DNA of 64,000 bases from contig JBAZVG010000001.1 in assembly GCA_041661005.1 (NCBI GenBank), forward strand, positions 403,307-467,306, written 5' to 3'. This stretch comes from Minisyncoccota bacterium (GTDB lineage: Bacteria > Patescibacteriota > Minisyncoccia > Phycocordibacterales > UBA9973). How positions within the stretch are numbered: position 1 is the stretch's first letter; every line of letters begins with the position of its first letter. The notes beneath the pieces are model-generated. The model ran no database searches. It was not told where the DNA came from and saw only the letters and a program-made list of their open reading frames with translations. A program made the position numbers and the translations under genes. Shown piece by piece: positions 37,637-46,763 of the stretch.

Positions 37637-39731
37637 TTTCCGCTAGTTTTGCATTGGATTGAATAAAAGATTTGCGAGGAGGAACTTCGGAGCCCATGAG
37701 AATATCGAAAATTTTATTTGCTTCTTCAGCATCATCTATGTTTACCTTTTTGAGAACTCGATTCTTCGGATCCATCGTGGTTTCCCAAAGCTCTTCGGGA
37801 TTCATTTCTCCGAGACCTTTAAAGCGCTGAATATGTATTTTATTTGATTTAGTTTTAGCTTCTTCAGGATTTTCTTGCTCCACCGCCTCGTTGGAGTCAG
37901 GGGTGGAAGCAGGCTCTTCGACAGCCTCAATCTCACTCACATCTGTGTTCTTGCCGACAATTTTTAATTTTTCTTCGTCCGTATAAGCGTATGAAATTTC
38001 TTTACCCTTTTTTATTTTATAAAGCGGTGGCTGGGCAATATAAATATATCCAGCGTCGACAACTGCTCTAAAATATCTGTAGAAAAGCGTCAAAAGAAGT
38101 GTCCGAATGTGCGAACCGTCCACGTCTGCATCTGTCGCAATGATTATTTTATGATAACGCATCTTTGATAAATCAAAAGTGTCTCCAATCGAAGTACCCA
38201 TGGCAATGACGAGGGACTTTACTTCTTTGGAAGCAAGCATTTTGTCTATACGCGCGCGTTCAACATTTAAGATTTTTCCACGGAGTGGCAGTATGGCTTG
38301 AGTTCGGCGATCACGGCCCTGCTTTGCTGAGCCCCCAGCGGAGTCTCCCTCCACCAAGAATAATTCCGACTCTTCCGCATTCTTGCTTTGACAATCTGCC
38401 AATTTTCCCGGAAGTGTCATGCCCTCAAGAGCGCCTTTTCGTAAAATTGAATCTTTCGCAGCTTTAGCAGCCTTGCGAGCTTTCAAGGCGAGAATAGACT
38501 TGTTTATTATGGATTTGGCTTCATCGGGATTTTCTTCTAAGAAATTATTGAATGCCTCACCAAACACAGTAGCCACTGCCCCTTGAGCCTCCATACTTCC
38601 GAGTTTTGCCTTAGTTTGACCCTCAAATTGAATCTCACGCAATTTTACAGAGATAGCCACAGTCAAACCTTCCAGAACATCTTCACCAGTAAATCCCCCT
38701 TCGGACTCTTTCATCATTTCATTTTTCTTGCAGTAAGTATTCAAAGTTCTCGTGAGCGCAGTTTTGAAACCTGTCACGTGCGTACCGCCTTCAGGAGTGT
38801 TTATGTTGTTAGCAAAAGGAATAATGCGATCACTTATATCATCGACATATTGCAAAGCAATCTCTACTCCGACATTATCAAATTCTTTTTCAACATAAAA
38901 AATATTATTTTGAATTGGTTTTTGAAATTTATTATAGTATTTGATGAGAGAAACCAACCCGCCTTCAAAATAAAAAGAAACTGATGGAAGCTCTAAGCCA
39001 AGATCCCTGAAATAAAAGACGTCATTGTCGTCCATTCCTTTTTTATTATCCCATTCTCTGGCATCAATTATTAAAATTTTTAAACCCTTTACTAGATATG
39101 CCTGCTGGCGGATATGGTTAACCACTGTGTGCCAATCAAATTTAATATCTTTAAATATTTCTTGATCTGGTTCAAAAGTTATTATTGTGCCATGAAGTTT
39201 TGAACTGCCTATTTTTTTTACCGCCGATTTTTTCTTGCCTTGAGAATACTCCTGCACATAAACACCGCCATCTTTGTGAACTTCTGCCTTGCAAAAGATA
39301 GAAAGCGCATTCACAACTGACGCGCCAACCCCATGCAGACCACCAGAAACTTTGTATCCTTCTCCACCGAATTTTCCTCCGGCGTGGAGTGTGGTCATGA
39401 CTGTTTCCAAAGCTGATACTTTTGTTTTTTTATGAACATCAACCGGTATACCTCGGCCGTTATCCACCACTCGCACTCGATTGTTAGGAAGAAGCACCAC
39501 CTCAATATCATCGCAAAAACCTCCCATCGCTTCATCGCGCGAGTTGTCAAAAATCTCCCATATTAAGTGATGAAGTCCTTCCGGGCCAGTAGTCCCAATA
39601 TACATACCGGGACGGCGCCGTACGGGCTCTAAACCCTCTAAAACCGAGATATCCGAGGCATCATAATGATGAGCCCCACCAGAAGAGGCAGGGCTTTTCT
39701 TGCTATTTTCAGTGTCTTTTTCTTTGGCCAT
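37626..39731 (-). CDS. gyrB: DNA gyrase subunit B (type IIA topoisomerase ATPase subunit)
   Basis: GLHHLIWEIFDNSRDE, GGLHGVGASVVNALS and TOPRIM motifs EGDSAGGSAKQGRDR. Confidence 0.85.
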   Translation of the reverse strand: MAKEKDTENSKKSPASSGGAHHYDASDISVLEGLEPVRRRPGMYIGTTGPEGLHHLIWEIFDNSRDEAMGGFCDDIEVVLLPNNRVRVVDNGRGIPVDVHKKTKVSALETVMTTLHAGGKFGGEGYKVSGGLHGVGASVVNALSIFCKAEVHKDGGVYVQEYSQGKKKSAVKKIGSSKLHGTIITFEPDQEIFKDIKFDWHTVVNHIRQQAYLVKGLKILIIDAREWDNKKGMDDNDVFYFRDLGLELPSVSFYFEGGLVSLIKYYNKFQKPIQNNIFYVEKEFDNVGVEIALQYVDDISDRIIPFANNINTPEGGTHVTGFKTALTRTLNTYCKKNEMMKESEGGFTGEDVLEGLTVAISVKLREIQFEGQTKAKLGSMEAQGAVATVFGEAFNNFLEENPDEAKSIINKSILALKARKAAKAAKDSILRKGALEGMTLPGKLADCQSKNAEESELFLVEGDSAGGSAKQGRDRRTQAILPLRGKILNVERARIDKMLASKEVKSLVIAMGTSIGDTFDLSKMRYHKIIIATDADVDGSHIRTLLLTLFYRYFRAVVDAGYIYIAQPPLYKIKKGKEISYAYTDEEKLKIVGKNTDVSEIEAVEEPASTPDSNEAVEQENPEEAKTKSNKIHIQRFKGLGEMNPEELWETTMDPKNRVLKKVNIDDAEEANKIFDILMGSEVPPRKSFIQSNAKLAEIDI

Positions 39732-39874
39732 TTATGAGTATATTATAGCACTAAAATGTTCTGGTTGCCAGAACATTCGTGCGAACAATTTCATAAATTT
39801 ATGAAATTGTTTTAGCAAATTTTTATTGCATTTGCTAGTGATTTATTTGTGTAAAATACAAAAAAGTAGGCCGT

Positions 39875-39912
39875 TGTTGCTCGAAGCGACAACGGCCGAT
39901 ACTGGTCAACAA
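39875..39912 (-). terminator. Strong intrinsic terminator on the minus strand
   Basis: Minus strand reads GGCCGTTGTCGC-TTCGA-GCAACAACGGCC followed by TACTTTTTTGTATTTT. Confidence 0.5.
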
Positions 39913-40093
39913 TCCCATCAACCCTCGGGATAAAACATCAGTCGAGACCTCAACACAGTCAGTATCCCATTGACGTATCCAAGGTATTGGTAAAGGAAAG
40001 TTCTTTTCTTCCTTTTCATTTTAATCACCTCCCTTCTCAAAGAGAAGAGTAACATTTTATTTGAAAATGTAAAGGATAGATTTGTTGAATGAA

Positions 40094-40130
40094 AAAAGCC
40101 AGCAACATAAAGGAGTTCTGGCTTTTCAAA
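40094..40130 (-). terminator. Intrinsic terminator immediately after the small Cys-protein gene
   Basis: Minus strand reads AAGCCAG-N15-CTGGCTT followed by TTTTCATTC. Confidence 0.4.
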
Positions 40131-40144
40131 AGTTGATCAGGATT

Positions 40145-40411
40145 TCAGCCTGTGAAAATGTCCCCAACCGAAATTACCTCGGTTTTACCATCCACTTTAA
40201 TGAAAGCGAATATCAGCCTTTTGATTTGTACACATCTTGAGACTTCAAAACACATTCCGGGTTCAAGATGTTTGCCATTAGGCTTTCCATCTTTTTGGTA
40301 ACAAGGCGTTCTCCACTTTGTTATCGCACATGTACCTGAAGAGCGTGCTAGTCCCACACTTTTAGCACTGCCAGCAAAACACCGACTTGCTTTTTTTTTG
40401 CGTTTTTTCAT
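40145..40411 (-). CDS. Small basic Cys-containing hypothetical protein
   Basis: A perfect Shine-Dalgarno GAGGAGAAA directly precedes the ATG. 88 aa with five Cys. No family recognised. Confidence 0.4.
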   Translation of the reverse strand: MKKRKKKASRCFAGSAKSVGLARSSGTCAITKWRTPCYQKDGKPNGKHLEPGMCFEVSRCVQIKRLIFAFIKVDGKTEVISVGDIFTG

Positions 40412-40674
40412 TTTCTCCTCAATTCTGTTTTCAACGAACGTTTTTAGTTGTGCCCTCTTTAAACGAGAACACCAGCCTTTAGAGGGCTGGTGTTTGGGTT
40501 GTAAGTTAGTTTAGTTTGTTTTTACAGCGCAAATATCAGCCTTCTAAATTGAGGGCTGGTAAAGAAAACATTACCAAGTCGTAAATTTTTATTCACGCTT
40601 CTAGTATTACATACTGATAAATAATTGCAAGCTATGCACTTTACTTCTGGAAGATTTTTATCTAAACTAAAAAG

Positions 40675-41829
40675 ATGGCGAAATATGACATAACAAGTCC
40701 CGAAGAAGCAGCTTTAAGGAAAGATCTAGAACCAAAGACCGATGCACATTCTATGCGTTTGAAGCGTTATCTTTCTATGCCGGATCTTTCCCGTACTCCC
40801 GGAAGTCCTTTGGAAGAGATAGTAAGAAAAGCCAAGGAAGTGTCTTCGCTTAAAAATTTCGATGAAATAAAAATACCAGAAATCGTGCCAACAAAAATTC
40901 TTTTTGATTTATTTAATATGCCCGAGGGTCATCCAGCTCGCAGTCCTTCAGACACTTATTATGTTGATGAAAATAATGTTTTAAGAACACATGATACAGT
41001 ATTTTGGTATTACTATCTAAACCTCCCTGAAATAAAAAAAAGGATTGCCAACAAAGAAACTCTCGGGGCTATATGTTATGGCAAAGTGTATCGTAAAGAT
41101 GAAATTGATGCCCGTCACATGAATGTTTTCCATCAATTTGGTGGATGGCTAATAGCACCGGACGACCTGCCTCGACTAGGCAAGGCGGGCAAAGAAACAC
41201 TCACTCCTGAAGATTTAAAAAAAGCTTTAACAGAGATAGCAACAAGTATTTTCGGTAAAATAAACTTTCGTTTTTATGACCACAACTTTCCTTATACTGA
41301 TCCAAGCTTTGAGATGGAAGCAGAGATTAACGGCAAATGGATTGAAATGTTGGGCTCTGGAATGGTAAGAAAAACTGTTCTATCTAATCTAGGGCTCGAA
41401 GGCTACCATGGATGGGCTTTTGGATTCGGTCTAGAACGCCTCGCCATAGCGAGCATGCAACTCCCAGATATCCGACTTTTATGGTCAGAAGACGGAAGAG
41501 TTAAGAAACAACTCAAACTTGGACAAAAATTTGTTGAAGTTAGTAAATATCCTCCGATTGTGCGAGATATTTCTTTTATTGTAAAAAACGACTTCGTGCC
41601 AAATGATTATTTTGATTTCGTGAGAGAATTAGCCCCCGGTATAGTGGAACAAGTAGAACTTTTAGACAAATATGAAAATATAGAAAAATTCGGCGCTGGA
41701 AAAGTTAGTTATGCTTATAGAATCATTTATCGATCGATAGAGAGAACTCTAATTTCAGAAGAGATTGATAAAATTCATAAAAAATTAGAAACTGAGACTA
41801 CAAAAAACTTCAACGCAACAATACGTTAA
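40675..41829 (+). CDS. pheS: Phenylalanyl-tRNA synthetase alpha-type catalytic core with fused C-terminal FDX-ACB anticodon-binding domain (single-chain)
   Basis: Class II motifs (FRFYDHNFPYTDP, GWAFGFGLERLAIA). C-terminal KYPPIVRDISFIV...KVSYAYRIIYRS is an FDX-ACB-type domain. No pheT adjacent. Confidence 0.7.
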   Translation: MAKYDITSPEEAALRKDLEPKTDAHSMRLKRYLSMPDLSRTPGSPLEEIVRKAKEVSSLKNFDEIKIPEIVPTKILFDLFNMPEGHPARSPSDTYYVDENNVLRTHDTVFWYYYLNLPEIKKRIANKETLGAICYGKVYRKDEIDARHMNVFHQFGGWLIAPDDLPRLGKAGKETLTPEDLKKALTEIATSIFGKINFRFYDHNFPYTDPSFEMEAEINGKWIEMLGSGMVRKTVLSNLGLEGYHGWAFGFGLERLAIASMQLPDIRLLWSEDGRVKKQLKLGQKFVEVSKYPPIVRDISFIVKNDFVPNDYFDFVRELAPGIVEQVELLDKYENIEKFGAGKVSYAYRIIYRSIERTLISEEIDKIHKKLETETTKNFNATIR

Positions 41830-44800
41830 ACTTCAGAGGAACTAGTATAAATCTTTGCCATTTTGCAATACTCGCACCCGGTATTTTTACCATAAGAATT
41901 GTAGTTGCAAGGTCTATCTATCCATTTATGTGTCTTGATCAAGTCATCGTAATCTTTAATGTCTTGAATCAAGAGATCTATTTCCTTGGCAGTTATAACT
42001 CTATTATAAAAAAATTCTTTTTCATTTTTTGCTTCCAAAAACTCAAGCCGGCTTTCGCGCACATCTGCCTCCCATTTAGGACTTTTTTCAATTAAATATG
42101 AGTACATCGTTAACTGGCGTAAATAAGAACTCATCCTGCCTTCTTCATCTAATTTTTCAATATCCCCCGTTTTTCGCACACTTCCAGTTTTAAAATCCGT
42201 CACACGCACATTTTTAGCATCCCCGCCTTGCATCGAGGCAGGTAAATTTTCTATCAAGTCTATCTTGCCGTAAATATTTAAATGTGGAAACCTGTCATCA
42301 ATCACAGAAATACTTTGCTCATTCTGTCTCCTTTCGCTTATATCCCCCAGTCTTCTATCTATCCATCTAGAAACCATGTCGAGAGCCAGCTTGGATAGTT
42401 CTTTTTGTTTGTTTTCGTCGCCAAAACCTGACTTTCTAACCTGATGTAAAATTATATTCTGCAAATCTTTTGCACTTGGTTTTTTAACCGACTTTAAAAC
42501 CTGATCAATAGATCCATGTATAATATTTCCAAATTCCAAACTTTCAGATTTTGACTCTGGCAATTGAAGTAAATTTCTGAAATACCATTTCCATGGACAT
42601 TCAAAAAAATTATTCAAAAGAGACACAGAGATTTTCCTGTCTTTATAATCTCTAGCAACCAACTTCGCCAAATCCAATAACGTGATGTTTTTTGGATCAT
42701 TTGCAAGATCAGAAGAAGCGACATAAGCTTTTGGATTGTTTTTTAAAATAATATTTTCTGTTTCAGAAGCGTTTTGCTCTGTAAAATTACCCTTTAAATC
42801 CGCCACAATATGGGCCAATTCTTGATCTCCCCCACTGTATGATTTTAGCGCGTAGGAAATAGTGCAGAATCTCTTAGCGCGAGTTATCGCCACATACAAT
42901 TCACGCTTCAAAACTATCTCGCCTCGTTTTTCAATCTTTTCTTGGAGAGATACAGGCAAAGAAAAACCTCCGCGTCTTTCTCTACTAAAAGATTGCTCAT
43001 CCATATGCGCTATCCACACATAGTCAAACTCAAGCCCCTTTGAACCGTGCAAAGTTAAAACTTTCACACCTTCATTGGAATTAAATATGGCAAGCGGTAT
43101 ATTTTCTCCATAGCTCTCTATTCTTTCCAAGAAACTCAAAAAGCCCTGCAAATTTAATTTAGGGTTTTTTTCTATCTGCATTAACACCAAATGCAACATC
43201 GTGCGAACAACTTCGACTCGGATTATTAAATCTCCATGATTTTTTGCGGTATCAATCAAAAATTCGGTTCCAATCTTTTGAATAAAAGGGTAAAGAGGCT
43301 CGGTCCCTGACGCTAGCCAAAGTTTCAACTTTCGAATCCAAACATTTACTTCATTTTTACTATCAAACAAATTATTTTCATCTTCTACAACGTTCAGTAA
43401 AGAAAACTCGCGCATTTTATTATCTCTAATAAATTCATGTGCTCTCAGAGCAGGAACTCCGGATAATTTGTCGAAAAATGACAACCCAAGAGCCACCCCG
43501 TCATCGGGGTTGGCTATAATTTTCAGCACCCGCAATAAAGACACTGCCTCTTCTGTATCGAAAAAATTCACCATTTCTCCACCCGCAACCGGAATGTCCA
43601 TATCTTTTAATATGGCAATAGTGCTACGAACTTGCTGATTCTTGGGCACCAAAATAGCCATATCGTTTACATCATGCCCTTTTTTTATTTTTTCTTTTAT
43701 TTCTAAAGCGGAAAAAATAATTTCATCTCTCGGGTAATAGGACTCAATCAGACGAAGAGGATGATTTTCTTTATGATTGCTTTTAAGCTGGCCTTCAGAA
43801 AGAGAGCTTTGGAGTAGCTTGTGGGAAGAATCTAGGATCTGCTGGGTGGAGCGATAGTTCTCGACTAGGGTGATAAGTTTCGCTTTACCAAAAGCATTTT
43901 TGAAATTTTTAAAATATTCAAGCGAGGCTCCGCCAAATCCATAAATAAGTTGGCGATCATCTCCAACCACAAAAATATTCGGCTTTTCTTCACCTCCCCA
44001 AACCTTAGACAGAAATTCATTCTGCACTCCGCTAGAATCTTGATGTTCATCTATCAAAATATAGAGAAAATTTTCTTTAATATAACTGTTTGCTTCTTCT
44101 GATTCTTCCACAATAAAAACTAGGGATTCCAAAATATCATCATAATCAAACAAATTCTTTTCCTTTTTGGCTGTTTCATAGAGAGCATAAAACTTTACAG
44201 CCTCCAGGGTGCGAAAAAGACTTTCGATTTTTTTTTGTATTTCTTTTTTTATCTCACCTTTACTTTCCCCTCTCGTAGAAATGTTTTCGGGGTCATCTTT
44301 AATATTTTTTATTTCTTTATTTATTTCATTCTCAAAATCCTCGGGAGTTATCCGCTCTCTCTTTAGAAGAGAGATCATATTTTTAAGATCTTTGAAATAT
44401 CGAGAAGTTTCTGAACGTGGACGAATGTGTTTCCAATCGTTTTTTTGAAGAACTTCATCATAGAGATTGATAGTATCCTTTTCGTCCATCAATTTTGGTT
44501 TCTCATCAAGAGAAAGCACGTTAAAATATTTATCAAGTATTTCCATGCCAAAACTGTGAAAAGTGGAAATTTTAACCTTGGAGGCTTCAGAACCGATGTA
44601 TTTACGTAATCTATCCCGCATAGCAAGAACTGCTGAATTGGTAAAAGTAAGACACAAAACACCGTCTGCTTTTGTGTCAGTTTTTGATAAAATATTTCCT
44701 ATCCTAAGAGCTAAAATCTGTGTTTTGCCTGTTCCCGGCCCTGCTACCACCATCACCGGACCTTCAATTGAGTCCACCGCTTCCTTTTGGGTAGAATTTA

Positions 44801-44843
44801 GGTTTTTATATTCATTACTGTATTCTCCTTTAAAATTTTTCAT
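41826..44843 (-). CDS. UvrD/PcrA-type SF1 helicase fused to C-terminal PD-(D/E)xK nuclease with Cys cluster (AddAB/Cas4-like)
   Basis: N-terminus AGPGTGKTQILALRI. C-terminus ECPWKWYFRNL, GKIDLIE and VTDFKTG nuclease motifs, plus terminal CNYNSYGKNTGCEYC. Confidence 0.7.
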   Translation of the reverse strand: MKNFKGEYSNEYKNLNSTQKEAVDSIEGPVMVVAGPGTGKTQILALRIGNILSKTDTKADGVLCLTFTNSAVLAMRDRLRKYIGSEASKVKISTFHSFGMEILDKYFNVLSLDEKPKLMDEKDTINLYDEVLQKNDWKHIRPRSETSRYFKDLKNMISLLKRERITPEDFENEINKEIKNIKDDPENISTRGESKGEIKKEIQKKIESLFRTLEAVKFYALYETAKKEKNLFDYDDILESLVFIVEESEEANSYIKENFLYILIDEHQDSSGVQNEFLSKVWGGEEKPNIFVVGDDRQLIYGFGGASLEYFKNFKNAFGKAKLITLVENYRSTQQILDSSHKLLQSSLSEGQLKSNHKENHPLRLIESYYPRDEIIFSALEIKEKIKKGHDVNDMAILVPKNQQVRSTIAILKDMDIPVAGGEMVNFFDTEEAVSLLRVLKIIANPDDGVALGLSFFDKLSGVPALRAHEFIRDNKMREFSLLNVVEDENNLFDSKNEVNVWIRKLKLWLASGTEPLYPFIQKIGTEFLIDTAKNHGDLIIRVEVVRTMLHLVLMQIEKNPKLNLQGFLSFLERIESYGENIPLAIFNSNEGVKVLTLHGSKGLEFDYVWIAHMDEQSFSRERRGGFSLPVSLQEKIEKRGEIVLKRELYVAITRAKRFCTISYALKSYSGGDQELAHIVADLKGNFTEQNASETENIILKNNPKAYVASSDLANDPKNITLLDLAKLVARDYKDRKISVSLLNNFFECPWKWYFRNLLQLPESKSESLEFGNIIHGSIDQVLKSVKKPSAKDLQNIILHQVRKSGFGDENKQKELSKLALDMVSRWIDRRLGDISERRQNEQSISVIDDRFPHLNIYGKIDLIENLPASMQGGDAKNVRVTDFKTGSVRKTGDIEKLDEEGRMSSYLRQLTMYSYLIEKSPKWEADVRESRLEFLEAKNEKEFFYNRVITAKEIDLLIQDIKDYDDLIKTHKWIDRPCNYNSYGKNTGCEYCKMAKIYTSSSEV

Positions 44844-45750
44844 GCTTCAAAAATATTTTAGATTTCCAAAAGAAAAATCCAATTATAAGAAATGTCGCAA
44901 ATGGAGAGAAATATTCCGGAATATCAAAACCAAAACTATGCAAGATCATTATAACGCCGAGCACTAATATGGAATACATCGCTCCGTTCTTCAAATAAAT
45001 ATATCTTTTTATTCTTTCTATATTGCTTATCGTAATTTGTCGGACTAAAAGAGCGCCGAGACCATTACCGAATAAAATGAGGGGCACAGAAAGAGTGAAG
45101 GCAAAAGCGCCCAGAACACCGTCAATGGAAAAAGTTGTATCAATTATTTCCAGAAAGAAAAGTTTACTTAAATCAGAATGCGCGTTACCAAGCAATTTTT
45201 TCTCCTGCTCTTCCGCGTTTTGCTTGAAACCATGGGTTATAAAAAATAAACTTGAGCCCACCACAGCGCCAAAACCCATCAAATTACTTTCTTTTAATGC
45301 GAACCAAGCAATAACAGATAACAATATAGAGACTGTGGCATAAAACCAAACCCCCTTTGACATGAAAAATTTCTCTGTCTTGGGCAATCCTAAATGTTTA
45401 TCTTCCAGAAAAAGCCAGTGTAGAAACAAAAATAAAAGAAACACGCCTCCGGCGACGAGCAGTATGGGCGCTGACTTTTCTATAGATTCCAAAACCAAAG
45501 GATCAGAAGACCAAGCAGCTGACAAAATCTGCCCAGGGTTGAGAGAGGTATTGAATGCCCAAATTATAACAAATGGCAAAAGACCACGGACAAGAAAAAC
45601 CGCAATAAACATCCCCCAAGTCAAAAACCACCTCCGAGCCTTGGCACCCATCGTCGAGAGCACTTCGGCATTGATAATGGCATTATCAACAGAAGAAACT
45701 GCCTCAAAAAGCGAAAGACCAACTATCGTAATTAAAGCAGACAATATCAT
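44830..45750 (-). CDS. TerC/DUF475-like integral membrane protein
   Basis: SSVDNAIINAEVL N-terminal motif. Eight hydrophobic helices. Confidence 0.4.
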   Translation of the reverse strand: MILSALITIVGLSLFEAVSSVDNAIINAEVLSTMGAKARRWFLTWGMFIAVFLVRGLLPFVIIWAFNTSLNPGQILSAAWSSDPLVLESIEKSAPILLVAGGVFLLFLFLHWLFLEDKHLGLPKTEKFFMSKGVWFYATVSILLSVIAWFALKESNLMGFGAVVGSSLFFITHGFKQNAEEQEKKLLGNAHSDLSKLFFLEIIDTTFSIDGVLGAFAFTLSVPLILFGNGLGALLVRQITISNIERIKRYIYLKNGAMYSILVLGVIMILHSFGFDIPEYFSPFATFLIIGFFFWKSKIFLKHEKF

Positions 45751-45759
45751 TGTTATATT

Positions 45760-46590
45760 CTACCCCACTTGCTTCCAGTTGCCAATTTTTGTCCTTTTTA
45801 TAGAAAATGCTAAAGCCGGTATATTCATTTTCTGACCTAAGTCATTTGCTATGCTACGCACATACGTTCCACTGCCACATTTTATATGAAAAGAAACTAG
45901 AAAAAACTTGTTCCCCGTTTTTATGTGAATTTGAAGTTTTTTTCGCCAAATTTTTAGAATTTCCTCTTGCCTGAAATCCCCGCCTGCAAAAGCTATGCCT
46001 TTAGCATTGCGGGCAGGACCATGTACTTTTGCAATTCTCTTTTCGATATTTTCTAATAAATTTTTTGCGTTTATTTTTCTTAATTTTAGAAATTTCAAAC
46101 TTTCCACGTTTACTTCATGTCTCGGACTTTCCACAACTTTTCCCGCCCTAGCATAGACGAAAAGCGATTTACCAGCGACGGTTTTTGAAGAATACATCGG
46201 ATATTTCTGTATAAATTTACCGATAAAAAATTCTAAATTTTCTTTTATTTTTTCTTCTAAATCATCTCTATTTACTATTCTCCTATTCGTACGAATTAGA
46301 CCATGTGTAATTTTCCCTAAAATATCATAAGTGTCGGTAGAAAACCCAAAAAGAATTTCAAATTCATATTCCTTATCTAGCGCCAAATATTTTTCTTTAT
46401 TTCTTACTTCCTCCCCTACCAAAACAACCAGGAGTCCGCTCGCCATCGGGTCCAACCGACCAGCATAGGTCATTTTTATATTTTGATATTTTTTATTTTT
46501 AACGCGAAAACTATTGAGAACTTCTAATGGAGTTTCACCCTCTTTTTTGTTTAAAAGTAAAATATTTTTCATAATTAATTCTATTATCAA
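45760..46590 (-). CDS. truB: tRNA pseudouridine(55) synthase TruB
   Basis: YAGRLDPMASGLLVVLVGE catalytic-Asp motif. Confidence 0.85.
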   Translation of the reverse strand: MIIELIMKNILLLNKKEGETPLEVLNSFRVKNKKYQNIKMTYAGRLDPMASGLLVVLVGEEVRNKEKYLALDKEYEFEILFGFSTDTYDILGKITHGLIRTNRRIVNRDDLEEKIKENLEFFIGKFIQKYPMYSSKTVAGKSLFVYARAGKVVESPRHEVNVESLKFLKLRKINAKNLLENIEKRIAKVHGPARNAKGIAFAGGDFRQEEILKIWRKKLQIHIKTGNKFFLVSFHIKCGSGTYVRSIANDLGQKMNIPALAFSIKRTKIGNWKQVG

Positions 46591-46637
46591 ATCCTTCTTC
46601 TAGCTTTTTTTTGAAAATAATGTAAATTAGGTAGTAT

Positions 46638-46724
46638 TGGAGGCGTCGCATAGCGGTCTAGTGCACCACCTTGGAAAGGTGGCAGGCTCGAAAGGGTCTC
46701 GAGAGTTCAAATCTCTCCGCCTCC
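46638..46724 (+). tRNA. tRNA-Ser (anticodon GGA)
   Basis: 7-bp acceptor stem GGAGGCG/CGCCTCC, a 3-bp D stem, anticodon stem CCACC/GGTGG with loop TTGGAAA, a long variable arm and a T arm GAGAG-TTCAAAT-CTCTC. No encoded CCA. Confidence 0.8.
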
Positions 46725-46763
46725 GCAAAAATTTTACATTATCGAAAAAAATAATTCTTGTAG

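Noticed and set aside
40476-40563. T-box riboswitch upstream of pheS
   Set aside because: There is only a loose resemblance (AATTGAGGGCTGGTA) to the T-box core. No specifier-loop or antiterminator architecture is recognisable. It is kept only as a low-interest attenuator hypothesis.
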